A DNA stretch of 64,000 bases from Candidatus Fimihabitans intestinipullorum (GTDB lineage: Bacteria; Bacillota_I; Bacilli_A; RF39; UBA660). The notes beneath the pieces were generated by a model, which saw nothing but the letters and a program-made list of their open reading frames with translations, searched no databases and had not been told where the DNA came from. Where the stretch lies: positions 14,207-78,206 of the forward strand of contig DVML01000025.1 in assembly GCA_018714965.1 (NCBI GenBank), given 5' to 3'. The position numbers and the translations under genes are program-made. Below, piece by piece: positions 1-9,921 of this stretch (positions within the stretch are counted from its first letter, which is position 1; every line of letters begins with the position of its first letter).

Positions 1-1983
1 AATATCCCCAAAAGTGAATCATTGAGCTCGCTTTTAGATACGCTGCAATTTGATGATAATAATGAAAATGATAGAATTTATGCGGCTATATTTACGAGTT
101 TATTAACACAACAATTAACAAAAATCATGGATGATATTGCAACGAAAGTGGTTGAAGTTGACATACAAAATAAAAATACTGCCGAATACGATCGTCGTGT
201 ACAAATGGAAAATGGAGATCTTTTAAAAATCTTTAAGGATCAATATGCGAAAGTCGCAAAAGAGCGAGCAGAAAAGATGGCGATGGAAGATGCTGAAAAG
301 GCAGCAAAAGCAGATTATGAAGCCGGAAATGAAGATCACAAGGAACCACAGCTATTAGACTCTATGAGTGATGTTTATCGTAGCGCATATGTCGGTAAGT
401 ATAGTAAAGCATATAAATTGGCAATCAACAAATTGAAACCACATGGACCGGCTGCAGATCCAGATGACGAATTAGAACAATTACGTCAACTGCAAGAGCA
501 AAATGAGAAAAAAGGCAAGAAGAAATCTAAGCCTGCTAAGTTAAAAAGTGCTGCACACAAATTAAAAGTAAATAAATTTGGTGTTAAATTCTTGAATAAA
601 GTAGGTAAGTGGGGACAAAGACAATTAAATGATGTAGAAGATGTTATAGAGGAATTTGGATCTGTTCGAGCTATTCATAATCCTTATAGAGAAAACTATT
701 ATTCAAAGGCTGAAAGAGAACGTTGTGAGAAGATTTTAATAGCGTATGAACGTTTGCAAGAACTTTTGGGAATCAGTCCTGCACGTAATCGAGATGGATC
801 TAAACCTTATATAAGTATTAAAGATGCTATGGCAGTGGCTGGTTTAACAAAAGCTCAGAAACAATCCCTTCAAGCATTGGAAGGAAAAGTGACAAAGGCC
901 TATCATACATTGGCTCATACAGCTAAGGATTCAACAGAGCTAGATGCGATTGTAAAAGAAGCGGATGAGTTACTGGATCAGTTTTTAGTGCGTGAAGATC
1001 AGATTATGATTCCTTCCATCGTGGGAAAAGTAACGACATTCCTTAAAGATGGAGAAAAGTTTGGATACATTGGTTCTTTATATCATATGCCAAAATTAAA
1101 GGAAGCTTATGATATATTGATGGACCAAAAGCCATTAACTCGTGCAAATTATGCTAAAGCACTTGATTTAACGGACAAAATGGAGAAATTCTATGAGTTA
1201 GAAAGAAAATTAGCGAAGAGCTTCATGGCGCATAAGTTAGAAAAACAAGAAACCGCAAAACCAGCTGAGAAGAAACCAACTGCAGCTCCTACACAAAAAC
1301 CGGAAGAAGCAACTGCGGCTAAGCCAACACCAGCTCCAACGTTTACTCCAGTTGCACAATCGAGTCCAAAGCCTAGCCAGGCAGAACCGGTCTTGACGCA
1401 AGCTGAATTACTTCGTCAACTACACGAAGCTCAACAAGAAACAATTGAATTGAGAGAAAAAAATAAAAAACTAAATGAAACGTTGAAAAAGAGAAGCAAG
1501 AGTTTGAAATCAGCTAAAAATGATAAGAGAAGATTGAAAACAGAAAATACTCAGTTGAAACAATCTATCGAGTTATTAACGAAGAATGTAAATGAATTAA
1601 GTAGACAAATGCAACAGATGACAAGTGATTTAAATATACTTAGAGATGCAGTTGCAAAAGAAGAACGCCAGAAGGAACAGTATAAACAAATGGTAGATGA
1701 AATGAGGAAAGCAATAAAGCATCAACCATCAGTAGAGTTGAATTCAGACGAAAAAGAAGTTGAAGAACTCGCATCTTACATGGATCGAATTGATAAGAAA
1801 CGCTTTTTTGAAAATGAGGCATCTCACGACGTTTTAAATGATCTTTATATGTTAAAAGCGAAAGGAAATTTACGACCTGAATATGCTGAAAAATTAAATA
1901 AAGCAATTCGTCAGATCGAGGAAGGTAGAAGTGTCGCAAAAGGTCAACCGGAACTTGATATTCCGTTTCAGAAACATTTATAA
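1..1983 (+). CDS. Large orphan coiled-coil protein with Pro/Thr/Ala linker (5'-truncated by window edge)
   Basis: Frame is open from base 1 (NIPKSESLSSLL...), so the true start is upstream; heptad-rich C-terminal third; PTAAPT/KPTPAPT linker; no family motif recognised. Confidence 0.75.
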   Translation, partial: NIPKSESLSSLLDTLQFDDNNENDRIYAAIFTSLLTQQLTKIMDDIATKVVEVDIQNKNTAEYDRRVQMENGDLLKIFKDQYAKVAKERAEKMAMEDAEKAAKADYEAGNEDHKEPQLLDSMSDVYRSAYVGKYSKAYKLAINKLKPHGPAADPDDELEQLRQLQEQNEKKGKKKSKPAKLKSAAHKLKVNKFGVKFLNKVGKWGQRQLNDVEDVIEEFGSVRAIHNPYRENYYSKAERERCEKILIAYERLQELLGISPARNRDGSKPYISIKDAMAVAGLTKAQKQSLQALEGKVTKAYHTLAHTAKDSTELDAIVKEADELLDQFLVREDQIMIPSIVGKVTTFLKDGEKFGYIGSLYHMPKLKEAYDILMDQKPLTRANYAKALDLTDKMEKFYELERKLAKSFMAHKLEKQETAKPAEKKPTAAPTQKPEEATAAKPTPAPTFTPVAQSSPKPSQAEPVLTQAELLRQLHEAQQETIELREKNKKLNETLKKRSKSLKSAKNDKRRLKTENTQLKQSIELLTKNVNELSRQMQQMTSDLNILRDAVAKEERQKEQYKQMVDEMRKAIKHQPSVELNSDEKEVEELASYMDRIDKKRFFENEASHDVLNDLYMLKAKGNLRPEYAEKLNKAIRQIEEGRSVAKGQPELDIPFQKHL

Positions 1984-1991
1984 GATTTACC

Positions 1992-2020
1992 AAAAAAGCG
2001 AAATAACATTTCGCTTTTTT
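1992..2020 (+). terminator. Rho-independent terminator
   Basis: AAAAAAGCGAAAT-aac-ATTTCGCTTTTTT hairpin right after the stop codon. Confidence 0.8.
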
Positions 2021-2080
2021 ACTACTTACGAACATTGTATTTTTGATCTATCTGTAGTATAATGAGAAATAGGTGATACT

Positions 2081-2506
2081 ATGTTTTACATATGGATAGG
2101 AATTATCATTTTATTAACGATTGTGGAGTTATTAACAGTAAAACTAACAACTGTGTATTTTGTTTTTTCTGGTATTGTCGCTTTGTTGCTTTCATTTCGA
2201 GTTGAAAGCTTTCCGATACAGTTTGCGGTGTTTGCAATTTTGGGAATTGTACTTTTGATTACGACGAAGCCAACTTTGGAAAGATTATTAAAACGAACAC
2301 CATCTAGCTTAGATCAAGAATCTATTTTGGGAATGCAGGGAGTTGTGATTGATGCGATGAAGAAAAATCACCCTGGAACAATTAAAGTAGATGGAAAAGT
2401 ATGGGCTGCAATCTCACAAAAGAAAATTAAAGTGGGAAGTACAGTGAAGATACTAGAAGTTGATGGTATGACGTTAAAGGTTGCACCGATTGAAGAAGAG
2501 GCATAA
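2081..2506 (+). CDS. NfeD family membrane protein (short form, C-terminal OB fold)
   Basis: Three N-terminal hydrophobic segments then ILGMQGVV...GTIKVDGKVWAA...KVGSTVKILEVDGMTLKV; RBS AGGTGA. Confidence 0.85.
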   Translation: MFYIWIGIIILLTIVELLTVKLTTVYFVFSGIVALLLSFRVESFPIQFAVFAILGIVLLITTKPTLERLLKRTPSSLDQESILGMQGVVIDAMKKNHPGTIKVDGKVWAAISQKKIKVGSTVKILEVDGMTLKVAPIEEEA

Positions 2507-2521
2507 TAAGCTGGTGGTTGT

Positions 2522-3367
2522 ATGAAAAAAAAGATGAGAAATATTTGGAATGCAATTCAGTGGCCACTTATTTTGGTTATATTTGAATTCTGCATTCTTT
2601 TTCTTTTGTTAGGATATTTTGAGTATCACGAGATACAAACGCAGTTGGACACACATCCTGAATGGTCGATGGCAGAAGCATCTAAGGTGGTAAATCAAAT
2701 TTTAGAGACGAAAGAAGGTACAAACGCAATAGCGCAATTTTTATTAGATCATTTATGGATTTTAGTTCTTTTGAATGCTTGTTTATTGTTACCGATTGTT
2801 TATCATTTTTACAAGAAACATCAACATCGTTTTCCTAGACATGTTTCTGATCGAAGTAAGATCCATATACTCTTCTGTTCTATTGCACTTGCGTTGTGTC
2901 TCAATCTTATATTGACTGGGATTTCCTCTCTCTTTGGGATATCTATAGAGACGGAATCTCAGCTTCGACGTCCTATTTTTTGGATGATTTGTAGTAGTGG
3001 TATAATAGGTCCGATCATCGAAGAGCTTGTATTCCGTGGGATCGTATACGATAGATTGCAAGCGTCTTGCCCCAAGTATCGTGCTTCTTTTTTCACGACA
3101 ATCTTGTTTGCTTTGTACCATGGAAATTTAGTGCAAATTATTTACGCTTTTGCGATGGGAAGTTATTTTATCTATTGTTATGATCATTACGAGAATATTA
3201 CGGCAAGTATTATCGCTCATATAAGTGCGAATGTTTCCACTTTAATTTTACTTCCATATCTTTTAAACTTACCATTTATATGGATCGTTTTATCATGTGT
3301 TATGCTAGCTTTCGTTGGTTATTATATGTTCCAGAAAATTAGAAAAGGGATTAGTATTTATTCCTAA
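2522..3367 (+). CDS. CPBP (CAAX/Abi) family intramembrane metalloprotease
   Basis: GPIIEELVFRG, FALYH and AHISAN motifs in a polytopic membrane protein. Confidence 0.85.
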   Translation: MKKKMRNIWNAIQWPLILVIFEFCILFLLLGYFEYHEIQTQLDTHPEWSMAEASKVVNQILETKEGTNAIAQFLLDHLWILVLLNACLLLPIVYHFYKKHQHRFPRHVSDRSKIHILFCSIALALCLNLILTGISSLFGISIETESQLRRPIFWMICSSGIIGPIIEELVFRGIVYDRLQASCPKYRASFFTTILFALYHGNLVQIIYAFAMGSYFIYCYDHYENITASIIAHISANVSTLILLPYLLNLPFIWIVLSCVMLAFVGYYMFQKIRKGISIYS

Positions 3368-3475
3368 TATTTGGAAATAATAAAAGAGAAGACAAAAAAT
3401 GCAAAAGTTTCTCTTTTTTTCTCTGAAAAATTTTTCTTACGCTGAAAAAAATGGTATAATGTTGATGGTGATGAT

Positions 3476-4216
3476 ATGATTAAAAAAGTAAAAGGAACAA
3501 ATGTTAATTATATCCGGTATGGCAATGAAAAAGGGAAAGAAATTGTACTACTACATGGATGGGGACAAAATATCGAGATGATGCGTCCGATCGGAGATAG
3601 TTTATGCAAAGATTATCATATCACGATTATTGATTTACCAGGATTTGGTGAGAGTGACGAATTAAAAACAGTGTGGTCACTATACGATTATGTAGAGTGC
3701 ATTCATGAATTATTGAAAGAATTAGGAATAAAAAAACCTGTTTTGATAGGGCATTCTTTTGGAGGAAAAATCAGTTTGCTTTATGGAAGTAAATATTCTG
3801 TGGAAAAGATGATTCTTTTTGGAAGCCCATTTAAAAAGGAGATTCAAAAAATTTCCATGAAGACAAAAGTTTTAAAACAATTAAAAAAGGTACCGGGATT
3901 GAATAAATTTGAAAATATCGTAAAAAAACATGTAGGTTCGACAGACTATCGAAATGCATCTCCAATTATGAGACAGGTGATGGTAGAACATGTCAATCTT
4001 GATATAACGGAAGAGGTTAAAAAGATTAAATGTCCTACATTGCTTGTGTGGGGTACATTGGATGAAGCAGTATCATTAGAACGTGCACATGAATTAGAGG
4101 AATTGATTCCAAACGCAGGATTAGTTGAGTATGAAGGATGTACACATTATGCTTATCTAGAACGGTTGGGACAAACAGTACGAGTGATTCGTAGTTTTCT
4201 AGAAAGCGAGGAGTAG
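3476..4216 (+). CDS. Alpha/beta hydrolase
   Basis: LLHGWG, IDLPGFG, GHSFGG nucleophile elbow, WGTLD, catalytic His in THY. Confidence 0.9.
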   Translation: MIKKVKGTNVNYIRYGNEKGKEIVLLHGWGQNIEMMRPIGDSLCKDYHITIIDLPGFGESDELKTVWSLYDYVECIHELLKELGIKKPVLIGHSFGGKISLLYGSKYSVEKMILFGSPFKKEIQKISMKTKVLKQLKKVPGLNKFENIVKKHVGSTDYRNASPIMRQVMVEHVNLDITEEVKKIKCPTLLVWGTLDEAVSLERAHELEELIPNAGLVEYEGCTHYAYLERLGQTVRVIRSFLESEE

Positions 4217-4219
4217 GTT

Positions 4220-5824
4220 ATGTCAGAATATTTTGTATTATCTTTTATTCCGTTTATATTATATGTAGTTTTAAAAACGAGAAAATCATTTCAAATGCTA
4301 CAACAAAATTGGTATAATTTAGATCAACGTTATTTGAAATGGATTTTAAAAAATCCATGGAAAGTATTTATAGAAATCGATATGTTCTTTATCGTATTCA
4401 TCGTAATGCTTGCGATGGATATGATGAGTGCTATGATTCTATTTGGAGTATTCTATATTGTTACATCTTTTTTATACTATCAATCAAATAAAAAAGAACA
4501 GGTAAAATTAAAATTAGCATTTACGAAAAGAGTGCGAAGATTATCTGTTACGACGATGATCTTATATTTAATTCCATTATTTTCTATTTGTTTTATGTTT
4601 GATGCAAACTATATTGCATATTACTACTTTATCATGGGAGCACTCGCATATCTTAACTATTTTGTCGTTCTTGTTGCCAATACAATTAATTTGCCAATTG
4701 AACATCAAGTATTCTTGTATTATAAGAGAAAAGCAACGAAAAAGTTATCTTCTATGTCACAGTTAGACGTAATTGGAATTACAGGAAGCTATGGTAAGAC
4801 GAGTAGTAAAAATATTTTATCGGATATTTTAAATGTGAAGTACAATGCATTTGCAACGCCGAAAAATTTTAATACGACTTATGGAATGATTCGTGCGATC
4901 AATGAATCACTCGATAAATTTAACGATTTATTTATTGCCGAAATGGGAGCTTTTAAGCAGGGAGAAATCAAAGAACTTTGCGATTTTGTTCATCCAAAGT
5001 ATGGAATTTTAACTAGAATAGGTACTGCCCATTTAGAGAGTTTTGGTAGTCAAAGTAACATTCAGAAGGGAAAATTCGAATTGATTGAATCTCTTCCGGA
5101 AGATGGTGTTGGAATCTTAAATAAAGATGATGCATTACAAGTATCGTATCATTTGAAAAATAAATGTCATATTATATGGATTGGAATTGAGCAAAAAGAT
5201 GTCGATGTCTATGCAGAAAATATTCATTTATCTGAGCAGGGGACTTCATTTGATGTCGTATGGAAGAGGGAAAATATAAAAGCAAACTTCCAAACGAGAC
5301 TACTTGGTAAGAATAATGTATATAATATTTTAGCAGCTGTCGCACTTGGAAAGTATTTAGGTATGACGATCGATCAATTAGTGACCGGAGTAAAACAAAT
5401 TCATCCAATCGAACATCGTTTGGAATTAAAACCATTTGGTAATGTTACTTTGATCGAGGATGATTATAATGCGAATCCAATCGGAGCAAAAGAAGCGATC
5501 GAGGTGCTATCGATGATGCCTGGAAAAAAAATTATCGTAACTCCGGGAATGATCGAGCTTGGACCAAAACAATATGAATTAAACTTAGAATTTGGAAAGC
5601 AGATTGGAGAAAGTTCTATCGATGAAGTAATTCTCATTGGAAAAGAGCAGACAAGACCAATTCAAGATGGGTTGAAAGTGGTTGATTATAATGAAAAACA
5701 CATTCATATATTAAATGATGTAAAGCTTGCCTTTCCACTGATTCAGAAGTTGAGTGGTGGCAAAAAAGCATATGCTTTGATTGAGAATGATTTACCAGAT
5801 ACTTTTAACGAGAAGACAAAATAA
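4220..5824 (+). CDS. murF: MurF-type Mur ligase with N-terminal transmembrane region
   Basis: GITGSYGKTSSK P-loop, NFNT, FIAEMGA, AHLESFG, HRLE, DDYNANP, VTPGMIELG; adjacent to ddl. Confidence 0.8.
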   Translation: MSEYFVLSFIPFILYVVLKTRKSFQMLQQNWYNLDQRYLKWILKNPWKVFIEIDMFFIVFIVMLAMDMMSAMILFGVFYIVTSFLYYQSNKKEQVKLKLAFTKRVRRLSVTTMILYLIPLFSICFMFDANYIAYYYFIMGALAYLNYFVVLVANTINLPIEHQVFLYYKRKATKKLSSMSQLDVIGITGSYGKTSSKNILSDILNVKYNAFATPKNFNTTYGMIRAINESLDKFNDLFIAEMGAFKQGEIKELCDFVHPKYGILTRIGTAHLESFGSQSNIQKGKFELIESLPEDGVGILNKDDALQVSYHLKNKCHIIWIGIEQKDVDVYAENIHLSEQGTSFDVVWKRENIKANFQTRLLGKNNVYNILAAVALGKYLGMTIDQLVTGVKQIHPIEHRLELKPFGNVTLIEDDYNANPIGAKEAIEVLSMMPGKKIIVTPGMIELGPKQYELNLEFGKQIGESSIDEVILIGKEQTRPIQDGLKVVDYNEKHIHILNDVKLAFPLIQKLSGGKKAYALIENDLPDTFNEKTK

Positions 5825-5836
5825 GGGAGTGATAAA

Positions 5837-7039
5837 ATGAAAATAAAAGTAGGAGTTATATTTGGAGGACCGACAGTAGAACACGAGATTAGTATTATTT
5901 CTGCTGTACAGGCAATGGGGTATATGGATACTTCAAAATACGATATTATCCCAATTTATATAACGAAAGATAGAGATTGGTATACAGGTAAAATGTTGAG
6001 CGATATGGAGGTATATCAAGATTTCGACGATTTAAAACGATATGCAAAGAAAGTGACACTCGTTCGTAAAGATGGAGGGTTCTATTTACAAACGCTAGGG
6101 TTCTGGAAGCGTTGCATCGAAGAGATCGATATCGCATTTCCGATTGTTCATGGAAACAATGTAGAAGATGGAACATTAGTTGGATACTTAGAAACATTAG
6201 GAATTCCATATGTGGGAAGTGGAGTTTTAGGTTCTGCACTTGGACAGGATAAAGTTGTTATGAAGCAAGTGCTTGAATCAGCTGAACTTCCAATTGTCGA
6301 TTATCGTTGGTTCTACGATTCAGAATTTTTAAATGCAACTGATAGTATTTTAAAATCGATTGAAAAGATGGGATATCCAGTGATTGTAAAACCAGCGACG
6401 CTTGGTAGTAGTGTTGGAATCACTTATGTAAAAGATAAGAAAGATATCTATGAAGCGATCGAGGAAGCTATGAAGTATGATAATAAAATTATCGTCGAAA
6501 AGGCAGTAGAGAATTTAGTAGAAGTCAACTGTAGCGTTCTCGGTAATTATGAATATCAAGAATTAAGTGAGATTGAAGAAGTCATGACAACTGAAGAGTT
6601 TTTAACTTATCAAGATAAATATATCGGAAATGGAAAAGGAACAAAAAATGGTGGAAGTAAAGGAATGGTAGCAACAGACCGTGTGATTCCAGCTCGTATT
6701 TCAGATGATTTGAAAAAGAAAGTGCAGGAAGTATCTCTTGCAACATTCCGCGCACTTAATTTAAGTAATATTTGTCGTATCGACTTTTTGATCGATAAGA
6801 AAGCAAAAAAGGTCTATGTAAACGAGTCTAATACGATTCCAGGATCTTTATCATTCTATTTATGGGAACCTATTGGAGTGCCATATGATAAATTATTAGA
6901 TCGTATGATTACGATTGCAATCAAAGATTTTAAGAGAAAACAAAAGAAAGTTTCAACATTCGAAACCAACGTCCTAAGCAACTTCGGTGGAGCAAAAGGA
7001 ATGAAAGGTTTGAAGGGAATGAAAACAAAATTAAAATAA
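5837..7039 (+). CDS. ddl: D-alanine--D-alanine ligase
   Basis: FGGPTVEHEISIISA, HGNNVEDGTL, VKPATLGSSVGI, TYQDKY, RIDF, NESNTIPG. Confidence 0.9.
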   Translation: MKIKVGVIFGGPTVEHEISIISAVQAMGYMDTSKYDIIPIYITKDRDWYTGKMLSDMEVYQDFDDLKRYAKKVTLVRKDGGFYLQTLGFWKRCIEEIDIAFPIVHGNNVEDGTLVGYLETLGIPYVGSGVLGSALGQDKVVMKQVLESAELPIVDYRWFYDSEFLNATDSILKSIEKMGYPVIVKPATLGSSVGITYVKDKKDIYEAIEEAMKYDNKIIVEKAVENLVEVNCSVLGNYEYQELSEIEEVMTTEEFLTYQDKYIGNGKGTKNGGSKGMVATDRVIPARISDDLKKKVQEVSLATFRALNLSNICRIDFLIDKKAKKVYVNESNTIPGSLSFYLWEPIGVPYDKLLDRMITIAIKDFKRKQKKVSTFETNVLSNFGGAKGMKGLKGMKTKLK

Positions 7040-7051
7040 CAGAGAAATCTG

Positions 7052-8521
7052 TTATTTTTTTTGATCGATATTGAGTACGCTAGGACCTTCTAATAAGTTA
7101 CCATCAATATCGAATCTAGAACCATGGCAAGGACAATCCCAAGTACAATCTACTTCGTTAAATAATAAATGACACTTCATATGTGGGCAGATGATAGAAA
7201 CGATGTGTTCACGTCCTTTAGGATCGATATAGATTCCGACACGTTTACCATCTCTTACTTCGATTTTTGCTTGTCCTTTTGGAGATTGGAAAGTCGATCT
7301 GATCATTGCACCAACACTATCGATACCATCTTTTACTGTTTGAATACATCTTTTTAAATTATAAGGTCGATAGGGGAGAAATAAACCTTCATATGGATGA
7401 TGTTTGTCGGTTGCTAATTCAGAGAGAATGATTCCAGCGATCGTACCATTTGTCATACCCCATTTTTGAAATCCTGTTGCAATCATCACATTCGGATGTT
7501 TTTTAGAAATTGGTCCAATGAGTGGTAAATGATCGTTTGGTATGATATCGTGTGTCGACCAGGCATAGGAAGGTTTCATGTGAAAGAAAGATTCGAAGCG
7601 CTCGCTTGTCTTTTCATAGTATTCTTTTTTTGATTTGCACTTTGTCGTCTTGTCGCTTTCACTTGCAAATAAAAGATAATTTTGCTGATCTTGATGATAT
7701 CGAATAGAATAGATTGGATTAGAAATCGTGATTGCAGAAAATGACTTCGTATCTTCTATAGGTGTTGCAACAACATAAGAGGATTCGATATGAGATTTGA
7801 ACGGAACCCAGCCAGGACGGATGAAAAAAGGATAGTGTGTACATATGAGTACCTTTTTCGATCTGATTTTTCCAGCATTCGTATGGGTAATATAAAAGGA
7901 ACCGTCTTGATCAATATCAGTAGCTCTTACGTTTTCCATAATTTTAACCCCTTTAGAAAGAGAAATACGAGCAAGTTCATATAAATACTTTACTGGATGA
8001 AAAACGGCTGTATGAGGTACTTTTAGTGCTTTTAACGATGGAATATCGATTGGAATATTATCCATTGACTCATACTTGACTTCAGTTAGATCTAAAAAGG
8101 ATTGTAGCGTATCTATTTTTTTGATTTGCTCTTCCTTGGTAGCAAATACGTAAGAATCTACTTCTTCAAAGTTGCAATCTATTTTTTCTCTTTGGACAGT
8201 TTGTTTTACAAAAGCAATCGCATCCCTTTGTGCCTGCAAGTAGGAGAGAGCTGTATTTGTATCGTGTGTATCGATAATTTGTTCGTAAATTTGATCTTGT
8301 AAATAAGTTAACTTTCCAGTCGTGTTGGATGTAACACCAAAGCCAATTTTATCTTTATCGATCAATAAAATATTTTTTTTCGTCTTCGATAATTGATATA
8401 ATGCGGTGATACCAGCAATTCCACCACCAATAATTAAAATATCTACGTCTTTTTCTTTGTAATCAATCTTTGTATCAGAGAGAGGTTCAATTCCTTCTTG
8501 CCATAATGTTTTTTTCTTCAT
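7052..8521 (-). CDS. FAD-dependent oxidoreductase with C-terminal Rieske [2Fe-2S] domain (YhfW-like)
   Basis: GGGIAG FAD motif, KWGMTNG, CPHMKC...WDCPCHGSRF; start moved to ATG at 8521 behind GGTGA RBS. Confidence 0.88.
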   Translation of the reverse strand: MKKKTLWQEGIEPLSDTKIDYKEKDVDILIIGGGIAGITALYQLSKTKKNILLIDKDKIGFGVTSNTTGKLTYLQDQIYEQIIDTHDTNTALSYLQAQRDAIAFVKQTVQREKIDCNFEEVDSYVFATKEEQIKKIDTLQSFLDLTEVKYESMDNIPIDIPSLKALKVPHTAVFHPVKYLYELARISLSKGVKIMENVRATDIDQDGSFYITHTNAGKIRSKKVLICTHYPFFIRPGWVPFKSHIESSYVVATPIEDTKSFSAITISNPIYSIRYHQDQQNYLLFASESDKTTKCKSKKEYYEKTSERFESFFHMKPSYAWSTHDIIPNDHLPLIGPISKKHPNVMIATGFQKWGMTNGTIAGIILSELATDKHHPYEGLFLPYRPYNLKRCIQTVKDGIDSVGAMIRSTFQSPKGQAKIEVRDGKRVGIYIDPKGREHIVSIICPHMKCHLLFNEVDCTWDCPCHGSRFDIDGNLLEGPSVLNIDQKK

Positions 8522-8642
8522 AGGATCACCACTATTATTATGAACAATTCCGAAAATATTATAAAAATTAGTGTCAAATATAGTAAAGATCACTTTCATG
8601 AAGTATGAAATGTGTTACACTGTATTTATAAGAGGTGATAAT

Positions 8643-9668
8643 ATGCGTGCAGCAACGTTAGTTGGAAAGAGAAAATTTGAAATCAACGAAATCGAAGAGC
8701 CAACTTCTAAAAATGGTGAGGTGTTAATACACGTTTTAAAATCAGGTATTTGTGGATCTGATTTACATTATTTTGAAACAGGAGAGCCAAAAGGACTAGT
8801 ACTTGGACACGAATTTTGTGGAACGGTCATCGATCCTGGAGATCGTACGGATTTAAAAGAAGGAGATGTCGTAACAGCGCTTCCAATTTCTCCTTGTGGT
8901 CATTGTAGTGCTTGTACTAGTGGAAATCCACAATATTGTAAAGAAACCTGGAAAGATGCGGTAGGATTATCTATGACACATCCAGGAGGACTCACAAGTA
9001 AAATCAGCGTAAGAGGAGACATGGTGTATAAGGTTCCAGATAATGTTCGTCCAGAAGAGATGGCAATGGTAGAACCGACTGCAGTCGCACTTCACGGTGT
9101 ACATTTAGCCGATATTAAACTAGGACAGAAAGTTCTTGTCATCGGTGGAGGAATCATTGGACTTATGAGTGCGATGTTAGCTAAGAAAGAAGGAGCTAGC
9201 TTTGTCGCTGTCAGCGAGACCAATCCAAACCGTGGAAAGAAAGCATTGGCACTCGGAGTTGCAGATAAGTATTATGATGCAACGAAGGAAGACATGATTA
9301 TGGAAGTAATGCAGGATACAGGTAGTGGTTTTGATGTCGTAATAGAGTGCTGCGGGAATGCTCCAGCAGTTACAAGTTCACTTTTGATGGTAAAACCTGG
9401 TGGAACTGTGACGCTTGTTGGAGTTGCAACAGGTCCGATTTCTATTCCAACCGTCATTGCAGTTATGAACGAATTGACAGTAAAAGGAGCAATTGCTTAT
9501 ACGAAAGATGAATTTGAAACTTGTATTCAAATGATCGCATCAAAACAAATTGAAGTTATGAAGTTTGTCGATGATATGATTCCATTATCTAAAGTACAAG
9601 AAGCATACGAGAGACTCACAAGTGGAACGGATGATGCAGTTAAGATATTAGTTGATCCAAATCAATAA
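8643..9668 (+). CDS. Zinc-dependent alcohol/polyol dehydrogenase (MDR family)
   Basis: GICGSDLH, GHEFCG, CGHCSAC...C structural Zn, GGGIIG; ATG at 8643 behind GAGGTGA. Confidence 0.9.
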   Translation: MRAATLVGKRKFEINEIEEPTSKNGEVLIHVLKSGICGSDLHYFETGEPKGLVLGHEFCGTVIDPGDRTDLKEGDVVTALPISPCGHCSACTSGNPQYCKETWKDAVGLSMTHPGGLTSKISVRGDMVYKVPDNVRPEEMAMVEPTAVALHGVHLADIKLGQKVLVIGGGIIGLMSAMLAKKEGASFVAVSETNPNRGKKALALGVADKYYDATKEDMIMEVMQDTGSGFDVVIECCGNAPAVTSSLLMVKPGGTVTLVGVATGPISIPTVIAVMNELTVKGAIAYTKDEFETCIQMIASKQIEVMKFVDDMIPLSKVQEAYERLTSGTDDAVKILVDPNQ

Positions 9669-9695
9669 AGGTATATGTCATTCATATACCTTTTT
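9667..9695 (+). terminator. Rho-independent terminator
   Basis: AAAGGTATATG-tcatt-CATATACCTTTTT. Confidence 0.8.
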
Positions 9696-9739
9696 GATAA
9701 AATAAAAAAGTTGGAATATTCCAACTTTTATTAACATTA

Positions 9740-9815
9740 TGGTGGGCTGTTAGGGACTCGAACCCTAGACCCACTGATTAAGAGTCAGTTGCTCTACCAA
9801 CTGAGCTAACAGCCC
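9740..9815 (-). tRNA. tRNA-Lys (CTT)
   Basis: Reverse complement folds as a cloverleaf: GGGCTGT acceptor, CT-CTT-AA anticodon loop, GTTCGAGTC T-arm, encoded CCA. Confidence 0.97.
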
Positions 9816-9921
9816 ATAAAATCGATTACTCATTAAGTATAACACAAAAATAATAAAAAAGGAATAGTAATTTTTATTTTATTGGTATTTTTATAACTTA
9901 AGTAATGAAAAACATTCAGAT

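Noticed and set aside
5837-7039. Vancomycin-resistance (Van-type) ligase
   Set aside because: The omega-loop Tyr is retained and there are no vanH/vanX/vanRS neighbours
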